A stretch of DNA of 64,000 nucleotides, taken from NCBI GenBank assembly GCA_041690135.1, contig JAWLHY010000017.1, positions 32,001-96,000 of the forward strand. Direction: 5' to 3'. A program made the translations under genes and the position numbers. The DNA comes from Armatimonadota bacterium (GTDB lineage: Bacteria; Armatimonadota; SYMT01). This document shows, one piece after another, positions 25,934 to 36,160 of this stretch; the first letter of the stretch is position 1; each line of letters begins with the position of its first letter. The notes beneath the pieces were generated by a model. It did not search any database. It saw only the letters and a program-made list of their open reading frames with translations, and was not told the DNA's origin.

Positions 25934-28162
25934 CTATTCGCTGGCTTCGAAGCGTCTTTCCAGCGCGCCCGCTAACGGGTCCACGTCTTCATGTTCCGCA
26001 CGGCGACCTTTTCCGCCTCCGGTAAGGGAGCCACCGCGGCCGAAGCGGCCGAAGGGTCCGCCGCCGTCCGTGTCGTCCTCGTGATAGCTGGAGTAGTAAC
26101 CGTAATCGTAGTAGTAGCCGCCACCCTTGGATCGCAGCCGGTTCAGCACCACTCCCAGGATCCGTCCGCGGGCACGCAGGATCATTTCCTCCGCCTGCCG
26201 GACGGCCCCCTTGCGGGACTGGCCCACGTGCATCACCAGCAGCACCCCGTCGACTCGCGAAGCAATCAGGAGTGGGTCCGTCACTGGGATACATGGCGGG
26301 CTGTCAAAGATGACCACATCCGCCAGTTGCTCCAGCCGGTCCATCACTTCTTCGAACGCGCGTGAGCCGAGCAGTTCCGGTGGATTGGGGGGAATCGGAC
26401 CTGCGGTGATGACGTGCAGGTTATCCAGATCCGTCTCCTGGAGCGCTTCCTGAAGCGAGAGTTGCCCCACCAGGACCTGCGACAATCCCCGGTTGTTGGG
26501 AAGGTCGAGCACGTCATGGACCTTGGGCCGGCGGAGATCGGCGTCCACCAGGATCACGCGCTTGCCGTCCATCGCCATCACGCTGGCCAGGTTCACGGAA
26601 ATGACGGACTTGCCTTCCCCCTTGGCCGCACTGGTGACCAGAATGCGCCGGATCGGGGCGTCGATCGCCGCAAAACCAATGCTGGAGCGGAGACGCCGGA
26701 ACGCCTCGACCAGGTGCGAGTTGCCCGCGGCGGCGGTGACCAGTCGAGAATTGCGATGGTCCATCAAGGGAATCGCGGAGAGGCAGGGGAGTGCCGTAAT
26801 GCGAGGAACATCCGCCGGGGTATGGACCCGGTCGTCCAGGAGTTCCCAGGCAATCGTCAGCATCGCTGCGCCGACCAATGCCAGGGCCAAAGCCATGACG
26901 AAGTTGGTCGTCTTGCGCGGCTGGATCGGACCCCCGGGCGGCTGCGCTGGCTGAATGATCTTGAAGCTGTCGACCAGGGCGATCTCCCGCATGCGGAGAT
27001 CCCTTTGCCACTCGTCGAAGCGGTCGAACCGCTGCTGGGCTTCATTCAGTTGCTGCGCCAGCTCGTTCTTCCGTACTTCCAGGTAGCTGCGGTTGAGCGT
27101 CGGTCGCGGACGGGAGGCCGCCTGGCTCTCGGCAGTGTGAAACTCCGTGCGGTAGCCCTGGAGGAGGGAGTACTGCTCGCGCAGCCGCTGCTGAATATAG
27201 TCCCGATAGGTATTGGCGACCTTGGTTTCGCGCTCCAGTTCCTCGGGCTCGCCTGCAATTCTGGCCTTAAGCAGCCGGATGCGCTCCTCCAGGTTGAGGA
27301 TCTTCTGGTTCTTGGGTCCGTAAAGCAGTCGATCATCGTCGAGTTGGATTTCGAGGGCAGCCAGCCGGTTCTCCAACTCATCGCGGCGCCCGTTTCGCAC
27401 CAACTGCTTGTGGGGGAGCTCTAATGGCGCCTGCGCCAGTTCCTCCTTGAGGCGTCGGATCTCCGTCTCCGTGGCACGGATGTTTGCCTTCGCGGCGCGA
27501 ACGCGAGCCTCCAGGTCGGTGTGCTCGCGCATGAGAGCCGCTTGTTCGATGGCTTCCAGGCCGGTCTCAAACTTCTGGCTGAACTGGATCAGCCGGTTCT
27601 GGGCGGCATCGCGCGCGCGCCTGGCGGTTTCGCGCTGTTTCCGGATGAACTCCAGGGCTTCCTTGATGCCCTTCTTTGCTTCCGCGTCGGTGGTCTCTTT
27701 GTGCGTCAAGACTACCGCATTCGCAACTTTTGCTACGTCCTCGGGATGGCCCCCCATGGCCGTGACGGAGATGATGTTGGTCCCATCCACGACGCGGACC
27801 GCCACCTGGGGTGCGGCTATGCCGGGGCGATCCTGGTATCCCGCCTTCTCAAACGCCTGCGCCAGGAAGTCGGGCGTTTGCATCGTCTGCAACTGCGTCT
27901 CCGGACTGTCCGGCTGATGGGCTAGCAGAATGTTGGCGATCGGGTTATTCGAGTCGTAGATATTGAGGGAGATGGCGGGAGTGGGGACCTTAAAGCGAGC
28001 TTCCGACTGATAGACCGGTGGCTGAATAGCCGTCGCGGCTACCCCCGCCGCTAGTAGAGGGATGAAGAGCGCGAGATACAACAGCTTGCGCCGACGCAGA
28101 ATCTCGAGATACTGCCGGATATTAAACTCTGGCTGGCTTAGCTGAAGCTGGTCTTGCGACAT
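25934..28162 (-). CDS. wzc: Polysaccharide co-polymerase / tyrosine autokinase (Wzc-like)
   Basis: Two TM segments around a coiled coil; EAFRRLRS, Walker A SAAKGEGKS, VDADLRRP, Walker B VVIFDSPP, Tyr cluster GGGYYYDYGYYSSY. Confidence 0.93.
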   Translation of the reverse strand: MSQDQLQLSQPEFNIRQYLEILRRRKLLYLALFIPLLAAGVAATAIQPPVYQSEARFKVPTPAISLNIYDSNNPIANILLAHQPDSPETQLQTMQTPDFLAQAFEKAGYQDRPGIAAPQVAVRVVDGTNIISVTAMGGHPEDVAKVANAVVLTHKETTDAEAKKGIKEALEFIRKQRETARRARDAAQNRLIQFSQKFETGLEAIEQAALMREHTDLEARVRAAKANIRATETEIRRLKEELAQAPLELPHKQLVRNGRRDELENRLAALEIQLDDDRLLYGPKNQKILNLEERIRLLKARIAGEPEELERETKVANTYRDYIQQRLREQYSLLQGYRTEFHTAESQAASRPRPTLNRSYLEVRKNELAQQLNEAQQRFDRFDEWQRDLRMREIALVDSFKIIQPAQPPGGPIQPRKTTNFVMALALALVGAAMLTIAWELLDDRVHTPADVPRITALPCLSAIPLMDHRNSRLVTAAAGNSHLVEAFRRLRSSIGFAAIDAPIRRILVTSAAKGEGKSVISVNLASVMAMDGKRVILVDADLRRPKVHDVLDLPNNRGLSQVLVGQLSLQEALQETDLDNLHVITAGPIPPNPPELLGSRAFEEVMDRLEQLADVVIFDSPPCIPVTDPLLIASRVDGVLLVMHVGQSRKGAVRQAEEMILRARGRILGVVLNRLRSKGGGYYYDYGYYSSYHEDDTDGGGPFGRFGRGGSLTGGGKGRRAEHEDVDPLAGALERRFEASE

Positions 28163-28485
28163 GAAGATCGGCTCGGGTCCAGTCGGAAAGGCTCGGCGCT
28201 GGTCCTCCGGCAGGATGCAAGAATGCTCCGTGGGAGGGAAAACGCGGCCCGCATTCAACCTTCGCGGGTAGTTCGCATCAATGCTTATGACGAATCTAAA
28301 CGGATTTTCGCGAGCAGGCAATAGCCTGCTCCTAATTTGAGTTGTACGATTAAACGCTTAAGATCGGTAAATAAATCGTCGGGGACCTTTGTCCCGCCGC
28401 CCTTCTTCTTGAGGGGGTACCTTTGTCCGCACCCGCCCAACACCGTTCTCCGGAACGCCGCTCTTTGTTCCGGTCAAAGCACTCC

Positions 28486-29244
28486 TTACCAGAAGCGAAA
28501 CCGCATTCGCGGTCGTGCTTCCGGGCGGATTAGCGGCAATTCCTCGTCTCCGAGCACTCGCGCGGGGTGTTCTTCCACCAGGGCCTGGGCAGCCTTTTCC
28601 CCGAGCCATCCGGCGCAGCGCCGGATGGCGGGGCTCAACCGGGGAACACGTATATCCGGACCGTGGGCATCGGTGGCCAGAAGGGACACCCATCCGGACC
28701 GCACCAGCCACTCTGCCTGCCGGCGCGCTTCGGGACCGAACTCTCCCAGCAATGAGCCCGCGTTTACCTGTAACCGGCAGCCCCGCTGGACGAGTTCTCC
28801 CAAGTCCATACGGCGTGCGTGCCACGCACGCACGCGCTCGGGATGTGCCAGGATGAGCCGGTAGCCGTGACTCTGTAGCTGAAAGAGCGCCCGGTCCACG
28901 TAGGCTCCCATCTCCAACTGCGCCGTCTCCAGCAGGAGATACGAAGTTCCTGCCACAGTTAACGCCCGGCCGGTTCGCAAGGCTTCCAGAAGCTGTGGAA
29001 CGAGCACTACCTCGTTGCCCAACCGCACCTCCAGCGCCAATCCCGCGGCCGCAATCCGCTCTCGCAATTCGCGGAGACGGTCTTGCATACATTCCAGTTC
29101 CCCCGGCGCGCCTGTCCAGTGCGGAGTGGCGACACACTGTCGAATTCCGTCCGCCGCCGCCATGCGGCACATCGCCATTGTTGCATCCCAATCCGCCGCC
29201 CCATCGTCGATGGCCGGAAGCAGGTGACAGTGCAGGTCGATCAC
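28486..29244 (-). CDS. CpsB/CapC-type PHP-family tyrosine-protein phosphatase
   Basis: IDLHCHLLP..DDG, ATPH, AHPER, QVNAGSL, ATDAH. Confidence 0.93.
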   Translation of the reverse strand: MIDLHCHLLPAIDDGAADWDATMAMCRMAAADGIRQCVATPHWTGAPGELECMQDRLRELRERIAAAGLALEVRLGNEVVLVPQLLEALRTGRALTVAGTSYLLLETAQLEMGAYVDRALFQLQSHGYRLILAHPERVRAWHARRMDLGELVQRGCRLQVNAGSLLGEFGPEARRQAEWLVRSGWVSLLATDAHGPDIRVPRLSPAIRRCAGWLGEKAAQALVEEHPARVLGDEELPLIRPEARPRMRFRFW

Positions 29245-29274
29245 GCGGGTGCAGTCATGGGCGGAAGGGAGCTT

Positions 29275-31083
29275 TCAGGGTAGGGTAGGCGCGTGACTCG
29301 CCGAGCGAGTGGGACTTCCGTGCCGGCTCTCCGAAGTGAATGGAAGCGCGTCAAAACTATCGTACACATCGATCTCGTGGCGGGCACAGAAGTCGAGGAT
29401 GTGGCGCCCGGCATCGGTGGTACTCCCCACACCCAGCATACACACCAGGTTTTCTTCGTCTCCCAGCAGTTCCGGAAGGCGGTCGAGGGAACCCAGCACC
29501 CGTATTCCGTTCAGAGAGCGGCCTTCCCAGCCGGTGCGTTCATCCAGTAGTCCCAGCACCTTTCCACGTTGGGGCGCCAGGGGGTCTTGAAGGGCCTGGG
29601 CGCGGGCGAACGCCTCCGGTCCCACTCCGAGGAAAACGACCTTCAAACCGGAGCGGGCCGGCACGAGACTGAACAGGTGACGGAATAACCCGAACCAGGT
29701 ACGCGCGCCTACCACCAGCAGCGTGAACAAGAGCCAGTCGAGGAAGAGCGCCGCGCGGGAAACGCCGCGGAGACCCGTCGTCATACTCAAAACTGTGACG
29801 GCCAGCGCAGTGCCGGCGGTGCTCCCGAGAATGCCGGCAAAGGCGTCCGTCAGGCCCGCGTAGCGCCAATCACCGCGGTAGGCCTTGCAGAAGGCGAGGC
29901 CCAGGAGTTTGGCGACCCACAGCAGCGGGAGCGCCCGCAGGACGGCCTCCTTGATCTCCAGCGGCACAGCGCCTTCGAAACGGAGCAGGTGCGCCCCGCC
30001 GAATGCCAACGGCACCAACAGCGCGTCGAGGAGCACCTGGAGAAAATTTGACTTGTACAGGTAGCTCCAGACGAGGGGACGCGCCTCCTTCGGCACCCGG
30101 GTCTCGTCCTCATAAACTTTGAGAACGCCCAGGTACACCCCCAGACCCAACAGCACGACAAACAGCAGGCCGGCCAGCATCAGGGTCGCGGTGATCGGCA
30201 GATGCCCGGCGCTAAGCGCTACGGCGCCGGAAACCCCCGTCAGCGCGTAAAGCAGCAGCACCGTGGCCCTTTCCGACAGGCCCAGGGCAAAGAGGCGGTG
30301 CGACGAATGGTCCCTACCTCCCTGGGAGATTCTCCGGCCGTGAAAGAGCCTCGCCACTGTCACCAGCGTCGTGTCGAAGATGGGGATCGCCAGTACGAGT
30401 ACGGGAAGCACCAGGGAAAGCAATACGTTAGGTGCGCTTCTCGGCAAGCCCTGAATCGAGAGCGTTGCGAGGGAGAACCCCAGGAACATGCTCCCGCAGT
30501 CTCCCATGAACACCTTTGCGGGCTTGAAGTTGAACACCAGAAAGGCGACGCAGGCTCCCACTACCCCCAGCGCGGCGCCTGCGGTGGCTGTGTCCCCGTT
30601 TCCGGCGGAGTGGAGCGCCAGTGTCAGCGAACCAATAGCGGTGACCCCGGCCGCCAACCCATCCATATTGTCGAGCAGGTTGAGCGCGTTGGTGATTCCC
30701 ACGATCCAGAACAGGGTGACCACGCCCGCGACCGCATAGGGGAGCCCGCCGAACACGACGCCGTTCTGGACCGCCCACGCAGCCGCGGCGATCTGGCCGA
30801 TCAACTTCAGGTGAGGGCGGAGCAGCAAACGGTCGTCCACCCATCCGAGGAGGAAGATCGCCACAGACGGGCCGAGCAGAGGGGTGACCGCACTGCTACC
30901 ATCACCCGCGAACCAGGCAGCCAGCACGCCGCCAAAGATCGCGATTCCACCCATCAGGGCCGTGGGAGTCGAGTGCCACCGGTCGTCGCGGGGACGCGCA
31001 ACCCAGCCCAACTTCCGCGCCGTGGCGATCACGAGCGGAGTGAGGCCGAGTGTAACTCCAAAGCTGAAAAGGAGTGCGATCAT
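29275..31083 (-). CDS. WecA/MraY-family initiating sugar-1-phosphate transferase fused to a membrane + Rossmann-like domain
   Basis: GWVDD, NALNLLDNMDGL, FMGDCGS, DHSSHRL; C-terminal YRGDWRY and VVFLGVG...GLLDE...INGIRVLG-like segment resembling CapD/WcaJ N-termini. Confidence 0.88.
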   Translation of the reverse strand: MIALLFSFGVTLGLTPLVIATARKLGWVARPRDDRWHSTPTALMGGIAIFGGVLAAWFAGDGSSAVTPLLGPSVAIFLLGWVDDRLLLRPHLKLIGQIAAAAWAVQNGVVFGGLPYAVAGVVTLFWIVGITNALNLLDNMDGLAAGVTAIGSLTLALHSAGNGDTATAGAALGVVGACVAFLVFNFKPAKVFMGDCGSMFLGFSLATLSIQGLPRSAPNVLLSLVLPVLVLAIPIFDTTLVTVARLFHGRRISQGGRDHSSHRLFALGLSERATVLLLYALTGVSGAVALSAGHLPITATLMLAGLLFVVLLGLGVYLGVLKVYEDETRVPKEARPLVWSYLYKSNFLQVLLDALLVPLAFGGAHLLRFEGAVPLEIKEAVLRALPLLWVAKLLGLAFCKAYRGDWRYAGLTDAFAGILGSTAGTALAVTVLSMTTGLRGVSRAALFLDWLLFTLLVVGARTWFGLFRHLFSLVPARSGLKVVFLGVGPEAFARAQALQDPLAPQRGKVLGLLDERTGWEGRSLNGIRVLGSLDRLPELLGDEENLVCMLGVGSTTDAGRHILDFCARHEIDVYDSFDALPFTSESRHGSPTRSASHAPTLP

Positions 31084-31177
31084 TGGTATTTGGGGCGGAT
31101 CATCCCCAGTGGCGCCGTGGGAGGGTTGGCTGCACCCTTGTTGGGAATATCGACCGGCGTGGGCCGCGATACAAGAA

Positions 31178-34102
31178 TCATCCTATCAAGCGCCCGGAGG
31201 CCGGGCAAGTTTCTCCAGTGATCGTGAGCCCAACCGGGGACAGGCCGGTCTGAAATACCTTTCCTTCCGGTTGCCAGAGGGGGAGCAGGTCGCAAAGCCG
31301 CCGTGCATCGTCGCCGGAGCGCGCGAGCAGGAGCAGAAAGCCCCCGCCGCCGGCCCCGGCCAGCTTCCAGCCCAGGCAGTAGGGCGCCGCCTTTCGCAGG
31401 ATACCCTCGATTTCCCCGTGAGTTGCCGTCGGCTCGAGCAGACATTTCAATTCCCAGGATTCCCGGAGTCCGGCGCCCAGTCGTACAAAATCTCCCGCGC
31501 GGAGTGCCCCCGTCACTTCGTGGGCCAGGTCCTTCATCCGCCGCAACGCGGGACGAACATCCGGCTCCCGGGCCAGGTAGCGACTCACGACGCGTTGCAG
31601 CACGTTCCGGGCCAATCGCGGCACTCCCGTGTAAAAGAGGACCAGGCGTTCTTCCAGCTCCCGCTCTACCGACTGGGTACAGTCGACATGAGTCACCCGC
31701 GGCACCTGTGCGAGCCCGGGATCCGTCACCGTCAATTTGATCTTCGGCAGCATGCCGCCGATCTGGTCCTGCCAGCCGCCCCCGGTTGTCATCCGCTGCT
31801 CCAGGGCCAATACGGCCTGGAAGAGACTTTCCCAGGAAGTGACCTGTCCGGAGAGATGCCGGAGCGAGGCGAGGACCACCGCGCCCAGGATGCTGCTGGT
31901 GCCTAATCCGCTTCCCTTGGGGACACCGGACGTCGTTTCGAGCCGGAGCCCACCGCCGGCCGCGAGGAGCCGGCGCGCCAGGTCGGCCCCATCCGTGCCG
32001 CCGATTCCGCATTCCAGGAGAGCGGCTTTGTGGATTGCAAACGGGTCTCCGGGGCGGCGACAGTCGCGAAGTTCCTCCGGAGCGACGATGCGGCACTCCA
32101 GTCCCAGATCGTGGGAGACGAGGTGAAGCACCGGTTCGGCCAACACCTGGGAGGTTGCGCGCACGGGTAACCGGCCGTTGAGGTGGAGAGCCATGTTCAA
32201 TACGGCTCCCCCCAACTCGCAGGCCTGGGGAGGGGTATCCGTCCATCCCCCCGCCAGGTCCACGCGAACCGGCGCCGTTACCGTCACTTGGTAGGAAGGC
32301 GGGGCCTGCCAGGAGATCTCAACTGGGGGCTCGGAGCGAGAGGTGATTCCCCGCCGGATCGCGGCGAAGGCACGTTGGTGGAACGGACCGACCGGTTCCT
32401 TCTCCTCCGCGAGCATGGCGCAGAGCCGGAAGATGCGCGCCGAGAGGAGCGGGTCCTTGTCGCGTGCCGCCCGGAGACGGAGTTCGTTTCGTAGGATTGC
32501 CCGGTGCTCCGGTGCTATCTCTGCCGCCAGCACCGCCGCGGAGAGCTCCGGGTCCTGGCGTAAGCTTGATGCGAGGGCTTCCGCTTGCAGGTGCCGGCGC
32601 AGTCGAGCTTCGTACTTCCACCAGTGGCTTGCATCGAAGCGCTCGTGAACCTCTGCGAGCGAAAGCAGCGGAGTCTCGTCCCAGCGTTTCCCTACCGCTT
32701 GCCGGCCCTGAAGCCAATCGAGGGCAAACGGCAGCAGGTGTGGAGTGACGGTGGGGAAGAGCCGCGCGTTCCAGAGCGTGCGGTCGTCCATCGGGAGATC
32801 CTCCGCCCAGAGCTCGGCCGTCGAAAGACCCCGACGCTGCGCCCACGAGACGAGCTCCTCTCCCATCAGCAGCGCGTCCGGTCCTCGCTTCGGGTCATCC
32901 CCGACCCCGAGGACCACCAGGGCACGACGGAAGGCGCCTTCACCAAGTAGTGGAGACTGGTAGGCAAGGCGATGATCATCCACCACGGCCTGCCCGCAGC
33001 GGGTGTGGAACCCCAACACGTACGACCCGTTTCCCACCACCAAGGGCGACTCGACATGGCAGAAATGAACCACGGAACCAGCCCCCGCCATAAGGGCGCC
33101 GTCTTCCACGGCGGACTGAAGGAGGAGCGGCGCGGGAGGACCGTCCAGGTGTAGGATGCGCAGGAGCTCGGCGGTGGTGCCGAAGTGCAGGAACTCCCCA
33201 TCCTCCGGACAGAGGACCTGGAGTGAGTGCCGTTTCAGCGCCTCCAGGCAGGGGTTTTCACGACGGGTTGTGTCGTCGTGTCCCGGTACAAGGGCCGGGA
33301 GGAGGTCGCCGTACAGGTCCAGGCCGCGCCAGCGTTCCGGACCGGCAAGAACGCGGTCCTGGAACGTGGCACCGTCCGCCTGGAGTGCCGTGGCCAGGAG
33401 GTCGGCCACGACCGGGGCGGAAACGTGGGCCACCCCGGTATCGAGCGGCGCACGGCTGCGGAAACCGAGGTCGCGAAGTTGCGCGACATGCGGCTTCTGC
33501 AGAGCCCTGGTCGCCTTGCCGGAAGCCAGGTCCCAGAGGTAGACGCCGTGGCGCGACGCCTGCTCCAGCGGGGCCGGCCAGGCCCAGCCGACCGCATCAC
33601 TCACCGGAAAGGGGGCGGATGACGAACCCCGGAAAAGGACATCGCCACAAGCCACGACCACCCCGGAGCGGGCGCCGGCACACAGTGCGGCCAGGCTGCG
33701 GACGACGGCGGCAAGCAAATACTCGTCACCGGATTCCTGACTGATAGGGGCGAAGGCCTTGCCCAGCGAGGCAAACTGGGGCAGGCGCTGCGACAGGCCG
33801 CCGCAATGGACGAGCAGGATACGGAAACGATCGAGTTGTTCCGCCAGGGCTGAAGTGTCGGGTTCGCCTTCCGGTATACGGATCCCGAGTTGATCCAGCG
33901 CTGCTGAGAGCGCATAGATCGTGGAACCGCCGCTGCCGGGCGGCGAGCCGGGAGGATCGGCGACTACCAGGGTCTGCCGGGTCCACTCCCGGAGCGGCGA
34001 CTGCGCGAGCCGTCGCTCGAACAACCATTGCTGCGCCGGATCGCGGGCTGTCAGGATCGTGAGATCGAACGGCGGCGGCGAGAGGGTAGAGGAAGTCATC
34101 AC
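31178..34102 (-). CDS. fkp: Bifunctional L-fucokinase / fucose-1-phosphate guanylyltransferase-like protein
   Basis: N-domain GSGGST, HCGGLSQRLP..GKAF, HGVY, LQKP, FLHFGT; GHMP domain PVRVDLAGGWTDTPP, PKGSGLGTSSIL, TTGGGWQDQIGG, GAGGGGF. Confidence 0.88.
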   Translation of the reverse strand: MMTSSTLSPPPFDLTILTARDPAQQWLFERRLAQSPLREWTRQTLVVADPPGSPPGSGGSTIYALSAALDQLGIRIPEGEPDTSALAEQLDRFRILLVHCGGLSQRLPQFASLGKAFAPISQESGDEYLLAAVVRSLAALCAGARSGVVVACGDVLFRGSSSAPFPVSDAVGWAWPAPLEQASRHGVYLWDLASGKATRALQKPHVAQLRDLGFRSRAPLDTGVAHVSAPVVADLLATALQADGATFQDRVLAGPERWRGLDLYGDLLPALVPGHDDTTRRENPCLEALKRHSLQVLCPEDGEFLHFGTTAELLRILHLDGPPAPLLLQSAVEDGALMAGAGSVVHFCHVESPLVVGNGSYVLGFHTRCGQAVVDDHRLAYQSPLLGEGAFRRALVVLGVGDDPKRGPDALLMGEELVSWAQRRGLSTAELWAEDLPMDDRTLWNARLFPTVTPHLLPFALDWLQGRQAVGKRWDETPLLSLAEVHERFDASHWWKYEARLRRHLQAEALASSLRQDPELSAAVLAAEIAPEHRAILRNELRLRAARDKDPLLSARIFRLCAMLAEEKEPVGPFHQRAFAAIRRGITSRSEPPVEISWQAPPSYQVTVTAPVRVDLAGGWTDTPPQACELGGAVLNMALHLNGRLPVRATSQVLAEPVLHLVSHDLGLECRIVAPEELRDCRRPGDPFAIHKAALLECGIGGTDGADLARRLLAAGGGLRLETTSGVPKGSGLGTSSILGAVVLASLRHLSGQVTSWESLFQAVLALEQRMTTGGGWQDQIGGMLPKIKLTVTDPGLAQVPRVTHVDCTQSVERELEERLVLFYTGVPRLARNVLQRVVSRYLAREPDVRPALRRMKDLAHEVTGALRAGDFVRLGAGLRESWELKCLLEPTATHGEIEGILRKAAPYCLGWKLAGAGGGGFLLLLARSGDDARRLCDLLPLWQPEGKVFQTGLSPVGLTITGETCPASGRLIG

Positions 34103-35292
34103 CCGGCGACTCCGCGGGCGGCGAGTTCGCCGAGATAGAGGCGGCTGAGGTCTTCCACCAGGCGCTCTACGGAAAAGCGGGGATAAACGTGGTCCCGACC
34201 GGCGCGCGCCATTCGGTTGGCAGCTTCCCGGTCTTGCAATTGCTCCACCACCGCCCGCGCCAGTGAGCTCGCATCACCCGGAGATACGATCCGGCCCGTC
34301 TCGCCGTCCACGACGAGATCCCGCACCGACCCCACGTTGGTTGCCACGACCGGACGCCCGGCTGCCAGCGCCTCGATGAGGGTAACCGGTAAACCTTCGT
34401 TGATCGAGCTCAAGACCACTGCATCCAGGTCAGCGTAGATCGCGGGCAGGTCACGGCGAAACCCCAGGAACCGCACCTTGCGGAGCCCCCGGGTGGCGGC
34501 CTGTTGTTCCAGTTCGGCCCGCAGTTCGCCGTCTCCTACGATCAGGAACTCTGTTTCGGGCAGGGCGTGAGCGACCTTCGCGGCAGCCTCCAGGAAGAGC
34601 GCGTGCGCCTTGACCGGCACCAGGCGGGCCACGATGCCGACGAGAGGAGTCTCTGCATCGATAGCCAATTCGGAGCGGAGACGGCCGCGGTAAACCTCTG
34701 CTTTTAGAAATGGCTCCAGCTCCAGTCCCAGGGGGACGCGCACCATCTGTTCGGGACGGCCCACCCCGTAACCCAGGATCTCTTCTTCTTGCGCTTGCCC
34801 GAGGACGATGAGACGATCGGTAAGGCGCGCCAGGCCTCGTTCGATCCCGATGATCATGCGGCTCGTTCGGGGTGAGAAGTACCCGTGGAAGACGTGCCCG
34901 TGGTAGGTGTGGATGACCACAGGCACGCGCGCCAGGTGGGCCGCCAACCGCCCCGCCATGCCCGCTTTGGCCAGGTGGGTGTGGACGATCTGTGGGCGAA
35001 ACCGCCTGATCTCGCGGTACAGGTGCGCCACGGTGGCCAGATCGGATCGCAGGGAGATCTCGCGGCCCAGGCCCGGAACTCGGGCGAAGGGCACCGACCG
35101 CTCCCGCGCCAGGGGTTCCATGCTGCCTTCGTTCGCCCCCACGTTGCCCACCAGGAGGCGACACTCCCAATCGGGGGCACGCAGGCGCTCGGAAAGGTAG
35201 ATCGCCTGATAGGAAGGGCCGCCGACATTGAGCCGGGTGATGATGCGCAGCAGGCGTACCGGATCACCGGTATTCGGAGCCTTACCCATCAA
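34099..35292 (-). CDS. Glycosyltransferase family 4
   Basis: RLNVGG, HTHLAKAG, ARLVPVK, EGLPVTLIEALAAG. Confidence 0.93.
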   Translation of the reverse strand: MMGKAPNTGDPVRLLRIITRLNVGGPSYQAIYLSERLRAPDWECRLLVGNVGANEGSMEPLARERSVPFARVPGLGREISLRSDLATVAHLYREIRRFRPQIVHTHLAKAGMAGRLAAHLARVPVVIHTYHGHVFHGYFSPRTSRMIIGIERGLARLTDRLIVLGQAQEEEILGYGVGRPEQMVRVPLGLELEPFLKAEVYRGRLRSELAIDAETPLVGIVARLVPVKAHALFLEAAAKVAHALPETEFLIVGDGELRAELEQQAATRGLRKVRFLGFRRDLPAIYADLDAVVLSSINEGLPVTLIEALAAGRPVVATNVGSVRDLVVDGETGRIVSPGDASSLARAVVEQLQDREAANRMARAGRDHVYPRFSVERLVEDLSRLYLGELAARGVAG

Positions 35293-36160
35293 GGCGTCCC
35301 GCGTAAAAGTACCGGTTGCCCCAGCTACCCGGCCGGAGGGAAGAGCAGGCCTGAGAAACCTTGCGCAGGGAATACAGGGCCACGGAACGGGGACGTTTCA
35401 GGTCGGCGGGGCGAAGGAATGCCGGAGCGGGCCAGGCCACCTCGCGGAGCAGGAATTCCTGTTCCTGGAGACCAAAGCGGCGGAACAGGGCCCGCTGACC
35501 GGTCGCAGTCGCTAGTGTGACGTGATAGGGGGCCATCTCGACCGGTTTGCGACCGGTGAGGCCGCGCATCAGCTTCAGTCCCAGGGTGAAGAGGCAATTG
35601 TTGGCTTCCAGCGGCCCCTGCGCCAGGAGCACTCCGCCGGGTCGCAACAATCGCGTGATCTCCGGTATCTGGCGGTCCATCACCGTCAGGTGTTCCAGGA
35701 CGTCGCCGAGATGGAGGACGTTGGCAAGTGCCTGTCCGCCCCCGGGGAGGTGGGTTGTATCGGAGACGACCGTGGCTCCCGTCCGCGCTGCCACCTGCGT
35801 GGCGACCTCCGCGCTGAGCTCCACCCCCACCGCCTTCCAGCCAGCCTCCCGCGCGGCGGTCAGCAGCTCCCCCTGTCCGCAACCGTAGTCGAGGAATGTA
35901 CCTCGCGGCAGCGTGCGCAGCCAGTGCAGGACTCGTGTGGGCTGCTTGGGGTCCGCGATCGCCGGGTCGTGGGCGAAGTTGGCGGCGTACTCGGGGCCGT
36001 ACATCCGCTCCAGCAGCTCCGGGTTCGGCATGGGACTGCAATAAAGTGACGCGCAGTTCCGGCACTCGCGATATTCGAACTCCTGTCCGGCGTAGTGCAC
36101 CGCGCCCATCCAGGAAGCCTGGCTCACCTCACAGGCGCAGAGAGGGCAGCGGGTCAGCAC
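35282..36160 (-). CDS. Class I SAM methyltransferase with N-terminal CxxC/CxxC
   Basis: CPLC, CRNC, LDYGCGQG, DVLEH; GTG start overlapping the asnB stop. Confidence 0.88.
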   Translation of the reverse strand: MLTRCPLCACEVSQASWMGAVHYAGQEFEYRECRNCASLYCSPMPNPELLERMYGPEYAANFAHDPAIADPKQPTRVLHWLRTLPRGTFLDYGCGQGELLTAAREAGWKAVGVELSAEVATQVAARTGATVVSDTTHLPGGGQALANVLHLGDVLEHLTVMDRQIPEITRLLRPGGVLLAQGPLEANNCLFTLGLKLMRGLTGRKPVEMAPYHVTLATATGQRALFRRFGLQEQEFLLREVAWPAPAFLRPADLKRPRSVALYSLRKVSQACSSLRPGSWGNRYFYAGRLDG

